NCBI RefSeq assembly: GCF_036365525.1
Contig: NC_090400.1
Coordinates: forward strand, 28,633,353 to 28,697,352
DNA: 64,000 nucleotides
DNA from: Heterodontus francisci
Taxonomy: Eukaryota
Direction: 5' to 3'
The position numbers and the translations under genes were made by a program. Under the pieces are notes generated by a model. The model had not been told where the DNA came from and made no database searches. It saw only the letters and a program-made list of their open reading frames with translations. Positions 12,470-23,494 of this stretch are shown here, piece by piece (position 1 is the first letter of the stretch; every line of letters starts with the position of its first letter).

Positions 12470-13840
12470 TAGTCTCCTAGGCTTGATGGTAATGGTAAAG
12501 TGAAGGATATACCAGGCCATGAGGTTACAATTGTGATTGAATACAATTCTGTGGCTGCTGACGGTCCACAATGCCTCATGGATGCTCAGTTTTGAGCTGT
12601 TAGATCTATTCCGTTTAGCATGGTGGTAGATTGTGGAGTGGTTACTCATACCAATACTGCCATGGATAGATACATCTGTAGCAGGTAGATTGGTGAGGAT
12701 GAGGTCAAGTAGGTTTTTCTCTCTTGTTGGTTCTCTCATTACCTGCTGCAGGCCCAATTTGGCAGCTACGTCCTCCAGGACCTCGCCAGTTGTGGTGTTA
12801 CCATGCCAGAGTGATGGAAATTGAAGCTCTCCACCACAATACATTGCTACCCTTAATGCTTCTTCCTAGTGGTGTTCAACATGAAGGAGCACTGATTCAT
12901 CAGTTGAAGGATGGCGGTAGGTGGTAATCAGCAGGATGTTTCCTTGCCCATGTTTGACCTGATGCCATAAGACTTCATGGAGTCTGGAGTCAATGTTGAA
13001 GACTCCCAGGAATACTCCCTCCTGACTGTATACCACTGTGCTGCCACCTCTGGTGGGTCTGGCTGGTTGGTAAGACAGGACATACCCAGAGATGGTGATG
13101 GAGGAGTCTAGGATATTGGCTATAAGATATGATTCTGTGAATATGACAATGTCAGGGTGTTGCTTGACAAGTCTGTGGGACAGCTCTCCCAATTTTGGCA
13201 CTATTCCCCAGAGGTTAGTGCGGAGGACTTTTCAGGGTCGACTGGCCTGCTGTGTCCGTGCTGTACTCTGCAAGAGCAACTCAGCTGGTCCCACTCCCCC
13301 GCCCTTTCCCCATAGCCACGCAAATTTTTTCTTTTCAGATGCTTATCCAATTCTATTTTGAAAGCCATGATTGAATCTGCCTCCACCACACTCTCAGACA
13401 GTGCATTTCAGATCCTAACCACTCACTACATAAAAATGTTTTTCCTCATGTCGACATTGGTTCTTTTGCGAGGTGGCCCATCTGCTTTTATTCTTATTCT
13501 GTAGCAATTTGATACAACTAAGCAGCTTGTTCAGCCATTTCAGAGGGCAGGTAAGAGTCAATCACATTTTTGTGCGTCTGGGGTTACATGTAGGCCAGAC
13601 TGGATAAGAATGGCAGATTTCCTTCCTTAAAGGGCAGTAGTGAACCAGATGGGTTTTTACAACAATCCAGTACCTTCATGATCATCATTACTAAAGCCAG
13701 CTTTTTTTTTTGCTTAGAATTAATTGAATTTAAACTCCCAACACCAGCTGTGCTGGTGGGATTTAAACCCATGTCTCTGGAGCATTAGTCTAGGTCTATG
13801 GATTGCCACTCCAGTAATATTACCACTATGCTACTATTCC
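12470..13840 (-). mobile_element. CR1/L2-group LINE (here family B), 5' part: tRNA-like head plus AP endonuclease, with nested CR1 3' end at about 13250-13470
   Basis: ORF 12866-13201 (PDIVIFTESYL, RGGSTVVY, TTYRHP) and PTREKNLLDLILTN in ORF 12386-12844. A box TAGCATAGTGG at 13833-13823 and B-like GGTTTAAATCC at 13769-13759. Confidence 0.85.
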
Positions 13841-14594
13841 TACTGTTTCCCTTTCTGTAAAGGAGAGCTGAATTACGCTCTTATTACTAATAGATTTCTT
13901 CAACCTATGTGCTAAACAGTCTACTTGCTAGGAAGGATTGATTTCTCTGCTTGCTGTCTGTAGCAATATTCAAGCATACAATATTCCAGCATTCAATCAG
14001 AACGTGTTTATGATTTTCACACAGAGAGCAACTGGAGCAATCCTTCCACTCGTGGTTCGAAACTCATTGGCTGCATCTAATTTCAGAATATTGATTATAT
14101 ATAAATAATTTCTTTTTGCAAACAATGATATGTATTTCAAGATCAATGTAGGTTCAGATCAATTATATTCTCCCTGGCAAACTGAAAATAACCTGGTGTG
14201 TATAAATATGCTAAAGCTGATGTTTGGACTTGAATATCTTCGATAACTGGTTAAGGTGTTTCTGAGGGTATGGAATCCCTCCATCTTGATTTTAATCCCA
14301 TTTGAGCAGATTTGGCCAGGTCAGGTACCTGCAGGTCCTTTTCCAAATTAGCCACTAGGAGGCAGCATAATCCAACAGCAGCCTCATGACAACTCTTCAA
14401 TTTATCTGTAATTCGGCACTCGAGCAGATCAAATGCTTGCTTTCAAAACTCGAATTTAGCTCTGATACTCAATGGAAAGTGGATTACACTTTAACAGCTT
14501 TCCCCTTATAGTTAGGTTCTACTTAGGTTTTTAGCTGGGTTGCTTCCCATCTTGCGGTCAAAATTCAGTGGTGTGCTTGTTGTTTTGCAAATTT

Positions 14595-14895
14595 GGCGTG
14601 TAATGTGTGCACAGCAGCATCCCACAAATGGCAATCCCGTGAATGGCAAGTTAACCTGCTTTTGGTAGAGGAAGAAAAAACAGGAATTTTGGTCTGGAAA
14701 CTGATGGACTTTCTGTTCCTCTTGGAATAGTGTTACGGGATATTTAATGTCCACTTCAACCAGCAAAAAGGTAAGACCTTGATTTATGGTCTTAGCTGAA
14801 GGATGACAATACTTTTGACAATAAGATGCTTCTTTAGTACTGCATTGGAGTGCCAGTCTAGTTTGTGTGCTCATGTCCTGGAGTGGAACTAGAAT
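14595..14895 (-). mobile_element. Deu-domain SINE (SacSINE1/AmnSINE-like), decayed
   Basis: Minus strand reads GCACACAAACTAGACTGGCACTCCAATGCAGTACTAAAG...GTGGACATTAAATATCCCGTAACACTATTCCAAGAGGAACAG, matching the Deu core as I recall it. Confidence 0.7.
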
Positions 14896-15359
14896 GCATG
14901 AATGAGAATCACCGAATGATACACACAGGAGGCCATTCAGTCCATTGTGCCTGTACTGGCTCTATGAAACCTTTTAAGTACCTCCTCTATTTTTATCTTA
15001 TCCTCCACCTTTACTGTGATTTTGGCAGCATCTTCTTTAGTGAATAAAGATGCAAATACTCATTTAGTAACTGAGCCTCCACAAGATCCTCTTTTTGGTC
15101 CCTAATGCCACCCCCGCCCCCAACTTTTGTTACTATTTATATGTTTATAAAGACTTTTAGGTTCCCTTTTATATTAACTGATAATTTATTCACATGTACT
15201 CTCTTTTCCCCTCTTATTTCAGTTATTTCCTGTACTTTCTGTATTCAGCTTGGTTCTCTACTGAATTATGAACTCGACATTTACCATAAGCTTCCTTTAT
15301 CTGCTTCATTTTATTTCTATGTCTTTAGTCGTTCAGGGAGCTTGAGCTTGAGCTTGAGC

Positions 15360-15566
15360 ATTGCCAGCGGAGGTGGTAGACGCGGGCACGATAGCGTCTT
15401 TTAAGATGTATCTAAACAGATACATGAATGGGCAGGAAGTAAAGAGATACAGACCCTTAGAAAATAGGCGACAGGTTTAGATAGAGGATTTGGATCGGCG
15501 TAGGCTTGGAGGGCCAAAGGGCCTGTTCCTGTGCTGTAATTTTCTTTGTTCTTTGTTCTTTGTTCT
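15360..15566 (+). mobile_element. CR1 3' end with (TTCTTTG)n tail, nested
   Basis: GGCTTGGAGGGCCAAAGGGCCTGTTCCTGTGCTGTAATTTTCTTTGTTCTTTG; same family as 27060-27160. Confidence 0.85.
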
Positions 15567-15969
15567 CCTCATGGGAATGTCTCTAGCCTGCACCCAAACG
15601 ATCTCCTTTGAAGACCTCCCATTGCTAATTTACTGTTTCAACCTGCTTTCAATCCACCTGGACTAGATCCCTTCTCAACTCACTGAAATTAGTCCTTCTG
15701 CAGTTGAGTATTTTCACAGTTGACTTTTCCTCATCCTTTTCAATAACTACAAACCTAAATATATTGTGATCTCTGTTTCCCAAATGCTGTCCCAGTAAAA
15801 GATGCTTCATTTGCCCAACTTCATTCCTCAGACTCAAATCCAGCACTGCTTCCTTCCTCATTGGGCTGGAAGAATACTGATCAAGAAAGTTATCTTGTAC
15901 ACATTTCAGGGATTCATCCCACTCTTTGTCCTTTACGCTGTTATTTTCTCAGACTATATTAGGATAATT

Positions 15970-16200
15970 TTTTCACACAGCGAGTGGTTAAGGCTGGAAT
16001 GCGCTGCCTGAGAACGTGGTGGAGGCAGGTTCAATTGAAGCATTCAAAAGGGAATTAGACAGTTATATGAAAAGGAAGAATGTGCAGGGTTATGGGGAGA
16101 AGTCAGGGGAATGGGTTGAGAGAGTTGCTCTTCCAGAGAGCGGGTGCGGACACAATGGGCAGAATGGCCTCCTTCTGCACTGTAATGATTCTGTGATTCT
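15970..16200 (+). mobile_element. CR1 3' end, nested, 6-bp TSD
   Basis: VVEAGSIEAFKRELD motif and GATTCTGT tail. ATAATT at 15964-15969 and 16201-16206. Confidence 0.85.
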
Positions 16201-17675
16201 ATAATTGAAGCCTTCCATCATCACTACTCCAGAGTTCTTGCATTCGTCTGCAAATTCTGTTAAAATTTGATCCTCTATCTCCTTCCCATTATTTGGTGGT
16301 CTGTAGTATACACTCAGCAGTGTACTAGCTCCTGTATTGTTCCTTAATTCTAACCAAATAGATTCTGTCTTTGAACCCTCAAATACATTATCCCTGTCTA
16401 GTGGTGTAATGGTATCTTTGAGCGATACTGCCAACCTCTCTTTTTTTCCCCCTCTCTTTCTTTCCTGAATACATTGAGTGGGGTGCTTACCCATTGTCTC
16501 TCGAGACAAGGAGGCCAAAGAAGAAGAACTTGTGCCTGCAGCTGACCAACCATATTTAGCACATGCACCCTAAAACCAGCTTAGTCTGCCTCACATTTTC
16601 CCCATGTCTGACCACTCTTATTTTGGAACTGTTGTACTTATTCTAATGCTGTTTGCATCTCCCAGCCCTCTGTGCACTTTGTTTCTCCTCTCTAATGCTT
16701 CATCCTGGTGTCCCTTCCCCTGCCAGATTAGTTTAAACCATCCCCATAGTACTAGTTAACCGCCCTGTGATGACATTGGTCCTAGCTCTGTTGAGGTGCA
16801 ACCTGTGCATCTTGTACAGGTTCCTCCATCTCCAGAACTGGTCCCAATGCCTTAGCAATCTGAAGCCCTCCCTTCTGCACCTTTTCTCTAGGCATGTGTT
16901 AACTATCTGACACTATTTGCTCCTATACACATTAGCACGTTGCACTTGGAGTAATTCGGAGATTACTACCTTTAAAGCCCTGCTCTTTGACTTTTTCCCT
17001 AGTTTCTGAAACTCTGTCTGTGGGACCTCAACCCTTTTCCTACCTATGCCGTTGGTTCCAACTTGGACTTTGACTTCAGGCTGTTCCCCTGCAAAATGTT
17101 CTGCACCCATTCAGTGATCTCCTTTACCGGGGAGGCAACAAACCATGCAAGACTCATGAAGGTTAGCAGTGGCAGAAATGCTTGTCTATCCCCGACTATT
17201 GAATCCCCTATAACCACTGCATTTTACTGTGTCCCCTGTGCAATCGTTTCCCGCCTCCCCACCCCCCCCCCACCCCCAGTGCCATGGATGTGCTCTAGAC
17301 TGCACTCCCCCGAGGTATCGTCACCCTCACTGGTATTCAGCACTAAAAACAGCTTTGAAAGGGCCACCATGCTGGAAGATTCCTGCACTGCCTACCTCTT
17401 CCTATCCTGCCGATGGCCACCCACTAACTATCCTCCTGAACTCTCTGCAGCTGTGGGGTGACCACCTCCTGGAACATGAGCGCCAAGAAATTCTTAGTTC
17501 TGCGTATGCACTCCAGTGACTCCAGCCACTCCTCAAGCTCAAAATCTCTGAGCTCATGTTCAAGCAACTGGAGCCATTTCCTACACACGTGATGTCCTGG
17601 AGTTCCCACATGGCACAGGAATTTTAGGCAACAGGTAACAGCTGTCCTATCAGTTTGCTTGAAGTCTACTTACCG

Positions 17676-17965
17676 TATAAGAACATGAGAACTTCAGAAC
17701 TAGAAGCAGGAGTAGGCCATACAACTCTTCGAGTCTATTCCATCATTCAATAAAACCATAGCTGATCTCAATACAACAAGAACTTGTACTAATATAGCAT
17801 CTTCAATGTAATAAAATGTCCCAAGGCAATTCACAGGAGCGTTATAAAGCAAAATTTGACATGGAGCCACATAAAGAGCTATGAGGGTAGATGACCAAAG
17901 CCTTGGTCAAAGAGGTAGTTTTAAGGAATGTCTTAAAAGAGGAAGGAGCAGTAGAGAGATGGAAA
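17676..17965 (-). mobile_element. Adjacent CR1 3' end (17676-17768) and L2 3' end (17770-17965)
   Basis: GCAGGAGTAGGCCAT CR1 tail; ACAACAAGAACTTG...CCAAGGC...GGTCAAAGAGGTAG L2 tail shared with 55830-56222. Confidence 0.75.
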
Positions 17966-18001
17966 TCATGGATGGTCATTTAAAAATATTTTTATGTGTC
18001 C

Positions 18002-18004
<3 letters not shown>

Positions 18005-18040
<36 letters not shown>
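18005..18040. repeat. (TA)18 microsatellite
   Basis: Direct reading. Confidence 0.95.
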
Positions 18041-18044
<4 letters not shown>

Positions 18045-19254
18045 TAATTATGTCTTATATATGTTTTAGTTTAGTATCCCTTACTCATATGTATTATTTT
18101 ATTGAATGCAATTTGGATCTCTTTAATGTTGATATTCTGTTCTTAGTTAATTTTATTTTTATCCCCTTAGATCTAATTAATTATTTATATATTTACTGTG
18201 GTCTCATTGTTTAAATTACTTAGCGTTTCCTGCCCCCTTGGCATTGAATTCCCACTACCACTGAATTCCTGCCATCACTCTGCTTAGCAAGCCACTGCAC
18301 TAACCAGATTTATCCAACGCTTACCAAGTTCTGTGCTTCATACTTTGTATCAGGTGTGATGAGCATCCACAGAGCCAAGCTGATTCAATTATTTGGACAA
18401 AAAATGTTTTTAAAAAAAGATGCTTGTGACCAACAAAAGAAAGCTGAGTTGCGACATCAGTGCACTTAAATTCTACTTCAGTGAACAGGTAATGCAGAAA
18501 TATTTTGATCAAAGACATGCCTCATTGTTTCAAAGGCATGGTTGCGTTAAATCTCTAGAAATATCCTTCTGCAAAAGCTCAGCTGAATACCCAATCTGAA
18601 CATATTAGTATTTTTAAGTAGAAAATCTCAGTGCTTTACACAAGGGTGTGGTGGACATATAGCCCACTAAACCACCTTCATTTGCAGCATTTATATAATT
18701 TTTAAATCATTTTCTTTCACTTTAAGATTAATTTTTTAAATGCTGTGAAGTTAATGGAGTGAGTAATGAGAGGCAGGGAGACTGACCTTCAACACTAAAC
18801 TGCAGCAAAATGGGAGAGTGCTAACTCACGATCATACATCATTATTATTATTAATAATAGTTATCATTGTATGCTTAATTCCTATGAAAACCAATAAGTG
18901 CCTTTGCACTCTATTATCTTGTGGAATAACTTATGAATTTATAAGTAAGAACATCCATTCCCTAACAGTCCCTCTAAAACACAGACTAGCACAGTTCCTC
19001 TTACTGGCTGCTGGACAGTCCATCTGCCCCACTGTGGTGCAGTGCAGCCTTCCTCACAACATATGTGGATGAAGCACTTGTGGGACATGTCCCAGTAAAT
19101 GACATTCGTCTTATAACTGAAGAAGTACCAAGCAGTCTGGGGTTCTTAGACTTTCTTTAGATCGGTGCTCTCTCCAAAATACAGTAAAAAAAAATTTTGT
19201 AGGAGCAGATATGATGAAAAACGATAATGTGATATCATAATTGTAAATTTGAGA

Positions 19255-20935
19255 GCAAAGCCCTTGCCATCAATAATTTGATAGGTGTCGGCACTTTATC
19301 ATTTACTGAAGCTTCTCCACCTGGATATACCTTGCACCACCTACTCCTCCCAAACTGCTGTGGTGGGGGCGTGGCACTTATCACCAATTCATATGTTGGT
19401 CTGTACCCTTACCGTTCTGATACTTTCTCCTACTTCAAGTGCACCCTTTATTCGACCCCTCTTATGTCTTCTTTAAAATCCTTATTCTCTACCATTTCCC
19501 CAGGCCCATTCGTAAGTTTCTCTCCTTTCCTACACTGGAGTAATTCCTCGTGCATGGTGAACTTTATCTCCATCACAGATCACTTTGTCCTCCTTTAGCC
19601 TCTCCCTCCATACAAATTATCCTCTCCATGTTAATGATCATCACCTTAACTTCGTCATCTCATGTCGCCTCTCTATTCCCATCATGTTGATCACAGACAA
19701 GGCTCTCTCCGAACATTTTCCATACCACTCAAATCAGCCTACCCTTGATAATCCCACTTGTTTCTGCATCCGCTCCTGGATAAAACTATTCCCTCAGATC
19801 ATTTACAACTGCACATCAAATTTCCAATTGTCTAGCCTCTGGCCCTCCATTTGCCAACAATATTTCTGCAGCTGTTGATCTGCTCAATTACTCCACCACT
19901 TCTGTGTTTGATGTCTTTGCCCTTGGTAAAACCCTTATTCTCACCCCTACCCTGCACATGGCCCCCATCTTCGTTCCTTCAAGCTGAATGGGCTTAGACT
20001 GGAATGTATCTGGTACACAACTGGTTTAACCATCCATTGCCAGATCTGACAGGACCACATCAAACATTATCAGATCTTGCTCTCCTCTGACAAAAATGTT
20101 CGCTACTCTCCCTCTGCCCTCACCACCAATGACAAGTGCAAGGGGCTAATGAACTTTGCCACTAAGATTGATGTGACCATTTCTCATCTTAGGGTTATCA
20201 TCACTCCTAAATTATCCTGGAGTCTCCTAGAGTTGAGGAATAATCACTCAGACATTGCTGTGAGCAACCAAAAGTTAAACAAACAACTGAGCCATATGGG
20301 GGAAAGTGGGAACAGGTTACTGAGTTGGATGATCAGCCATGATCATAATGAATGGCGGAGCAGACTCGAAGAGCCGAATGGCCTACTCCTGCTCCTATTT
20401 TCTATGTTTCTATAACCTGTCCAGGATACAATGCAGCCCTGGCACGTGCCCTGTAACTGGTAAATGGATGGGGCAGTTTCTGGAGCACAGAGGTTTGTGC
20501 GTACAGTTGCTGCCATTATTGACTGATTGCTGTGAAGATGGACATATTGGGTGGGGCCAGGTTGTTTGTGGCTGGAGATGATGTGATGAAACCTTCCAGA
20601 TATATGTCCCATCAAACTTTGTACCCGATTTCAGCTGCTTTGGTCACATCCCTCCCTTTTCCTTGCCCACCAAGATGAACCTCCCCAAGGCTCCCACTCC
20701 CATCCCCCACCCTAGCTCTGCACCAGCAACTTTGTTTTGCTTCTCTCCCACTTCCCCTCATGTCCTCACTGACCTCATCTTTTCTTGCTCCCTTGATCCC
20801 ATTCCCACTAAATCACAAAACTGCCCATCCTGGCCCCTTTCTTTGCTGACATTGTAAATGTTTCCCTCTCCTCCAGTATTTCCCCCCCCCCCCCCCCGCC
20901 CTTTCAAAACTGCCATTATCACTCTCCTCTGTCCT
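19255..20935 (+). mobile_element. Decayed L2 LINE endonuclease/linker region, interrupted by other inserts
   Basis: GYTLHHL..NCCGGGVALI endonuclease motif; CSLDPIPTK at about 20785; C/T-rich L2 composition. Confidence 0.7.
20292..20413 (+). mobile_element. CR1 3' end, same family as 9551-11484
   Basis: GGAACAGGTTACTGAGTTGGATGATCAGCCATGATCATAATGAATGG...TTTTCTATGTTTCTAT. Confidence 0.9.
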
Positions 20936-20936
20936 T

Positions 20937-21008
20937 GCTCAAGTCTCTGGAGTGGAACTTGAACTCATAACCTTCTGAGTCAGAGGTGAGAAAGTGCTAT
21001 CACTGAGT
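20937..21008 (-). mobile_element. tRNA-derived head of a Deu-type SINE
   Basis: Minus strand ACTCAGTGATAGCAC...TCAGAAGGTTATGAGTTCAAGTTCCACTCCAGAGACTTGAGC with A/B box remnants. Confidence 0.6.
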
Positions 21009-21169
21009 GCGGGCTGTCCTCTGTGGTATAGCAGCCACTGATCGTGATCTGTGGAAGCAGAGATCAAGGGAAAAAACATATTAGAGTAACAAGTGCATTG
21101 GGAGTGGTGCAGCTGGAGATCACAGGAATAATAAACTTGCATTAATGTGGAAGAGCGATTATGTTAAAT

Positions 21170-21580
21170 GTTAAGGCTTGTATTCTCTAGAATATAGGAG
21201 GTTAAGGGGTAATTTAATTGTTTTTAGGATTTTGAAAGAAATTGATGGGGTAAATAGGGAGAAACATGTTTCCACTGGTGGGGAGTTTAGGACAAGGGTA
21301 CAGAACCATAAAATCAGAGACAGGCCATTCAGGAGAGGAGTTAGGAAACACTTCATGCAAAAGCCAATCGGAGTGTGGAACTATGTACCACAAAAAAGCA
21401 GTTGATTCTGGCTCAGTTAATAATTTTAAATCTGAGATCAATCGATTTTTACGAGACATGGGTAGAAAAGGACATGGAGCATGTCAGGGGCAATGAAGTT
21501 AGGATGCAGATGAGCCATGATCTCATTGAGCAGCAGAACGGGCTGGGGGTGGCTGAATGGCCTATCCCTGCTCCTATGCC
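21170..21580 (+). mobile_element. CR1 3' fragment
   Basis: LYSLEYRRLRGNLI...RKHF ORF2 end followed by CR1 3' UTR. Confidence 0.85.
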
Positions 21581-21919
21581 CCAAGAAGCGACAGGGTGGG
21601 GTAGGGGTTGTGAGCAGATGGGAAGTGATGATGCGGATCTTGATTCGAACACTGGGATAGCAGTGAGATTTTTTTTTAAAAAACGTGCTATCAATATTAA
21701 TTCTGTTTATTTTTAGAAGTGTGCTGAATTGTAGACCTGTCAGAATTTGTGCTTCAAAAAACAGATTAACCAACATTTTAATGTTGCTATCTGTTAAGGG
21801 GGCAGTGCCAAGGTGCAGGTGTATACAATCCATGGCACATCCTGCAGGTACAGGAAAAAAAGTACCTGAGATACCTTCTGGCTTGCATGTAACTCCTCTT
21901 TAATTGAACCTGTGCAAGG

Positions 21920-22900
21920 CATGCGCATAACCTGGTGCCGAAAAGTCATTCCACATTATCAGACTGTGACAAGATATATGTAAAAAAGTGGCCCCTTTAA
22001 AAGCGCAACATTTATCGGCGGGCAGCTCTGCAGTGCAAAGCCCAGCCATTCAGAGCTACAGCAAAAGGCTTTCAATTCGAAACCTGCACCAATGCTTGGC
22101 AGCGACGCTGGAGCGGGAACAACTTTGGGAATGGCTCTTCCCAAAAATTCCAAGGCATCCGCTTGATAAGTGGGAGTTTGAAACGAATGGAAGTGGTAAT
22201 CCGGCGCTGCCTCTGCTTTGGACATGGTGAAGTGAAGCAGCGCCGAGCTGGCCAGCTCTCTCCTCTGATCCCTGAGCCCCGGGCACCCAGGAGGGACTGG
22301 GCAGCCCCCAGCCGCCGGGTGCACCCTCTCCATCTGGGCAAGTGGCCACAGTGATCCTCCTGCACCTCGCTCTGCCAAAGGTCACCTCCCTCCCCGGAGA
22401 GAAGCCTCTGCTCGATCCAGTGGTCCGCACACAGGGACGGTGAAAGGCACCCTTACTCCGGATTACAAACCGCCAGCTAGCAAAGCAGGTAAAGCGGTCT
22501 GGCACCAGTCTTTGACCTTCACAAGCCGAGAAGCTGCTGCTGTCACGGGAGCTGGGCTTTAGTGGGAGGAAGGAGCATGTCTGGGAGCTGGGGCTGGCAT
22601 TCCCAGCGGGTAAGGATGGTCCTGGGAGTTGCAGTATTTGCAGGATTGACCGCCTCTTTCTCTCTCCCTTCTCACTTCTCGAGAGACGACCAAACGGAGC
22701 AGTTTTGCTTCTTTGGAAAGCAGTGCAGAAAGTGGCTGCAGCGACCGCTCGTAACAAGTGGGAGCTGCTTCATTATTTTTCCAGAAATCAAGTCCTCACC
22801 CTCCCCTCTCTCTCTCTCTCTCTCTCAGTCTGTCTCTCGATGGTGTGGGAAGTTAGACCCGTCTCCATCACCTCCCATCGCCTTTGTTTTCGATCCAGGT
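21920..22900 (+). promoter_or_regulatory. CALN1: CpG/GC-rich putative CALN1 promoter and 5' exons
   Basis: TE-free and CpG-enriched, directly upstream of the ATG exon. Consensus donors CAG|GTAAAG (22489) and CGG|GTAAGG (22610). Candidate exon 22899-22948. Confidence 0.6.
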
Positions 22901-23029
22901 ATTCTGGTTGAGTCACAGTGAAGGACAACAGAATGTTTCAGTCTTGAGGTGAGGAGGTCAACCTCCAAGCCCAAGAGGGTCAATTCGAGTTAATGGTTGC
23001 ATGTTATTTCTCTCACACACAGGGAGAAG

Positions 23030-23147
23030 ATGCCTTTCCATCCTGTGCACACCGGCCTCCTGTACAAAGGGAATTACTTGACCGGGTCACTGTCCGACGG
23101 CAGCGAGAGTGAACAGTTGGCCAACATTTCAGAAGAGGAGCTGGAGG
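23030..23147 (+). CDS. CALN1: Calneuron-1 (CaBP8) first canonical coding exon; exon starts at 23023
   Basis: MPFHPVHTGLLYKGNYLTGSLSDGSESEQLANISEEELE matches the CALN1 N-terminus (MPFHHVTAGLLYKGNYLNRSLSAGSDSEQLANISVEELD) rather than CABP7. Acceptor AG 23021-22; phase-1 donor G|GTAGGG. Confidence 0.95.
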
Positions 23148-23400
23148 GTAGGGACCGTCTCTTCAGCTTCACTTGTTTAAATTATTGCAACAAAGGTGGG
23201 ATTTCCGGGCAGAACGATGTTCCCTCTTTAATAAAACACCGGGATCACAATTGGCAGAAACATGATCTGACCTGCGTGTAATACAATCTCAATTTACAAA
23301 AAAAAAATCAGTGAAGGACTCCATGAAACTTTGTGGGAGGAGGCTATTGGGCAGCAGAAACACCGGCATGGATCAATTGAACCGAACGGCCTGTTTCTGT

Positions 23401-23494
23401 AATAAAAACAAGAAATGCTGGAACCACTCAGCAGCTCTGGCAGCATCTGTGAAAAGAGAAGCAGAGTTAACGTTTCGGGTCAGTGACCCTTCTT
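23401..23494 (-). mobile_element. Short Penelope 3' tail inserted in an old CR1 tail, 14-bp TSD
   Basis: About 91/95 identical to the reverse complement of 34303-34397. CGGCCTGTTTCTGT at 23387-23400 and 23495-23508. Confidence 0.9.

Larger units (their letters stand above)
14970..17640 (-). mobile_element. Decayed CR1 5' region: ORF1 (zinc finger/leucine zipper plus SGNH esterase) and ORF2 endonuclease; may be more than one copy
   Basis: HVCRKWLQLLEHELR (17424-17609), VQVGTNGIGRKR..VVISELL (16913-17110), ESIWLELRN..VYYRPPN (16090-16518). Confidence 0.85.

Noticed and set aside
13759-13833. tRNA genes suggested by A/B boxes (also 26590-26650 and 40971-41045)
   Set aside because: Embedded in retroposon heads; no acceptor stem or cloverleaf.
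21959-22757. Minus-strand ORFs of 139 and 233 aa
   Set aside because: No recognisable domain; expected in GC-rich promoter DNA.
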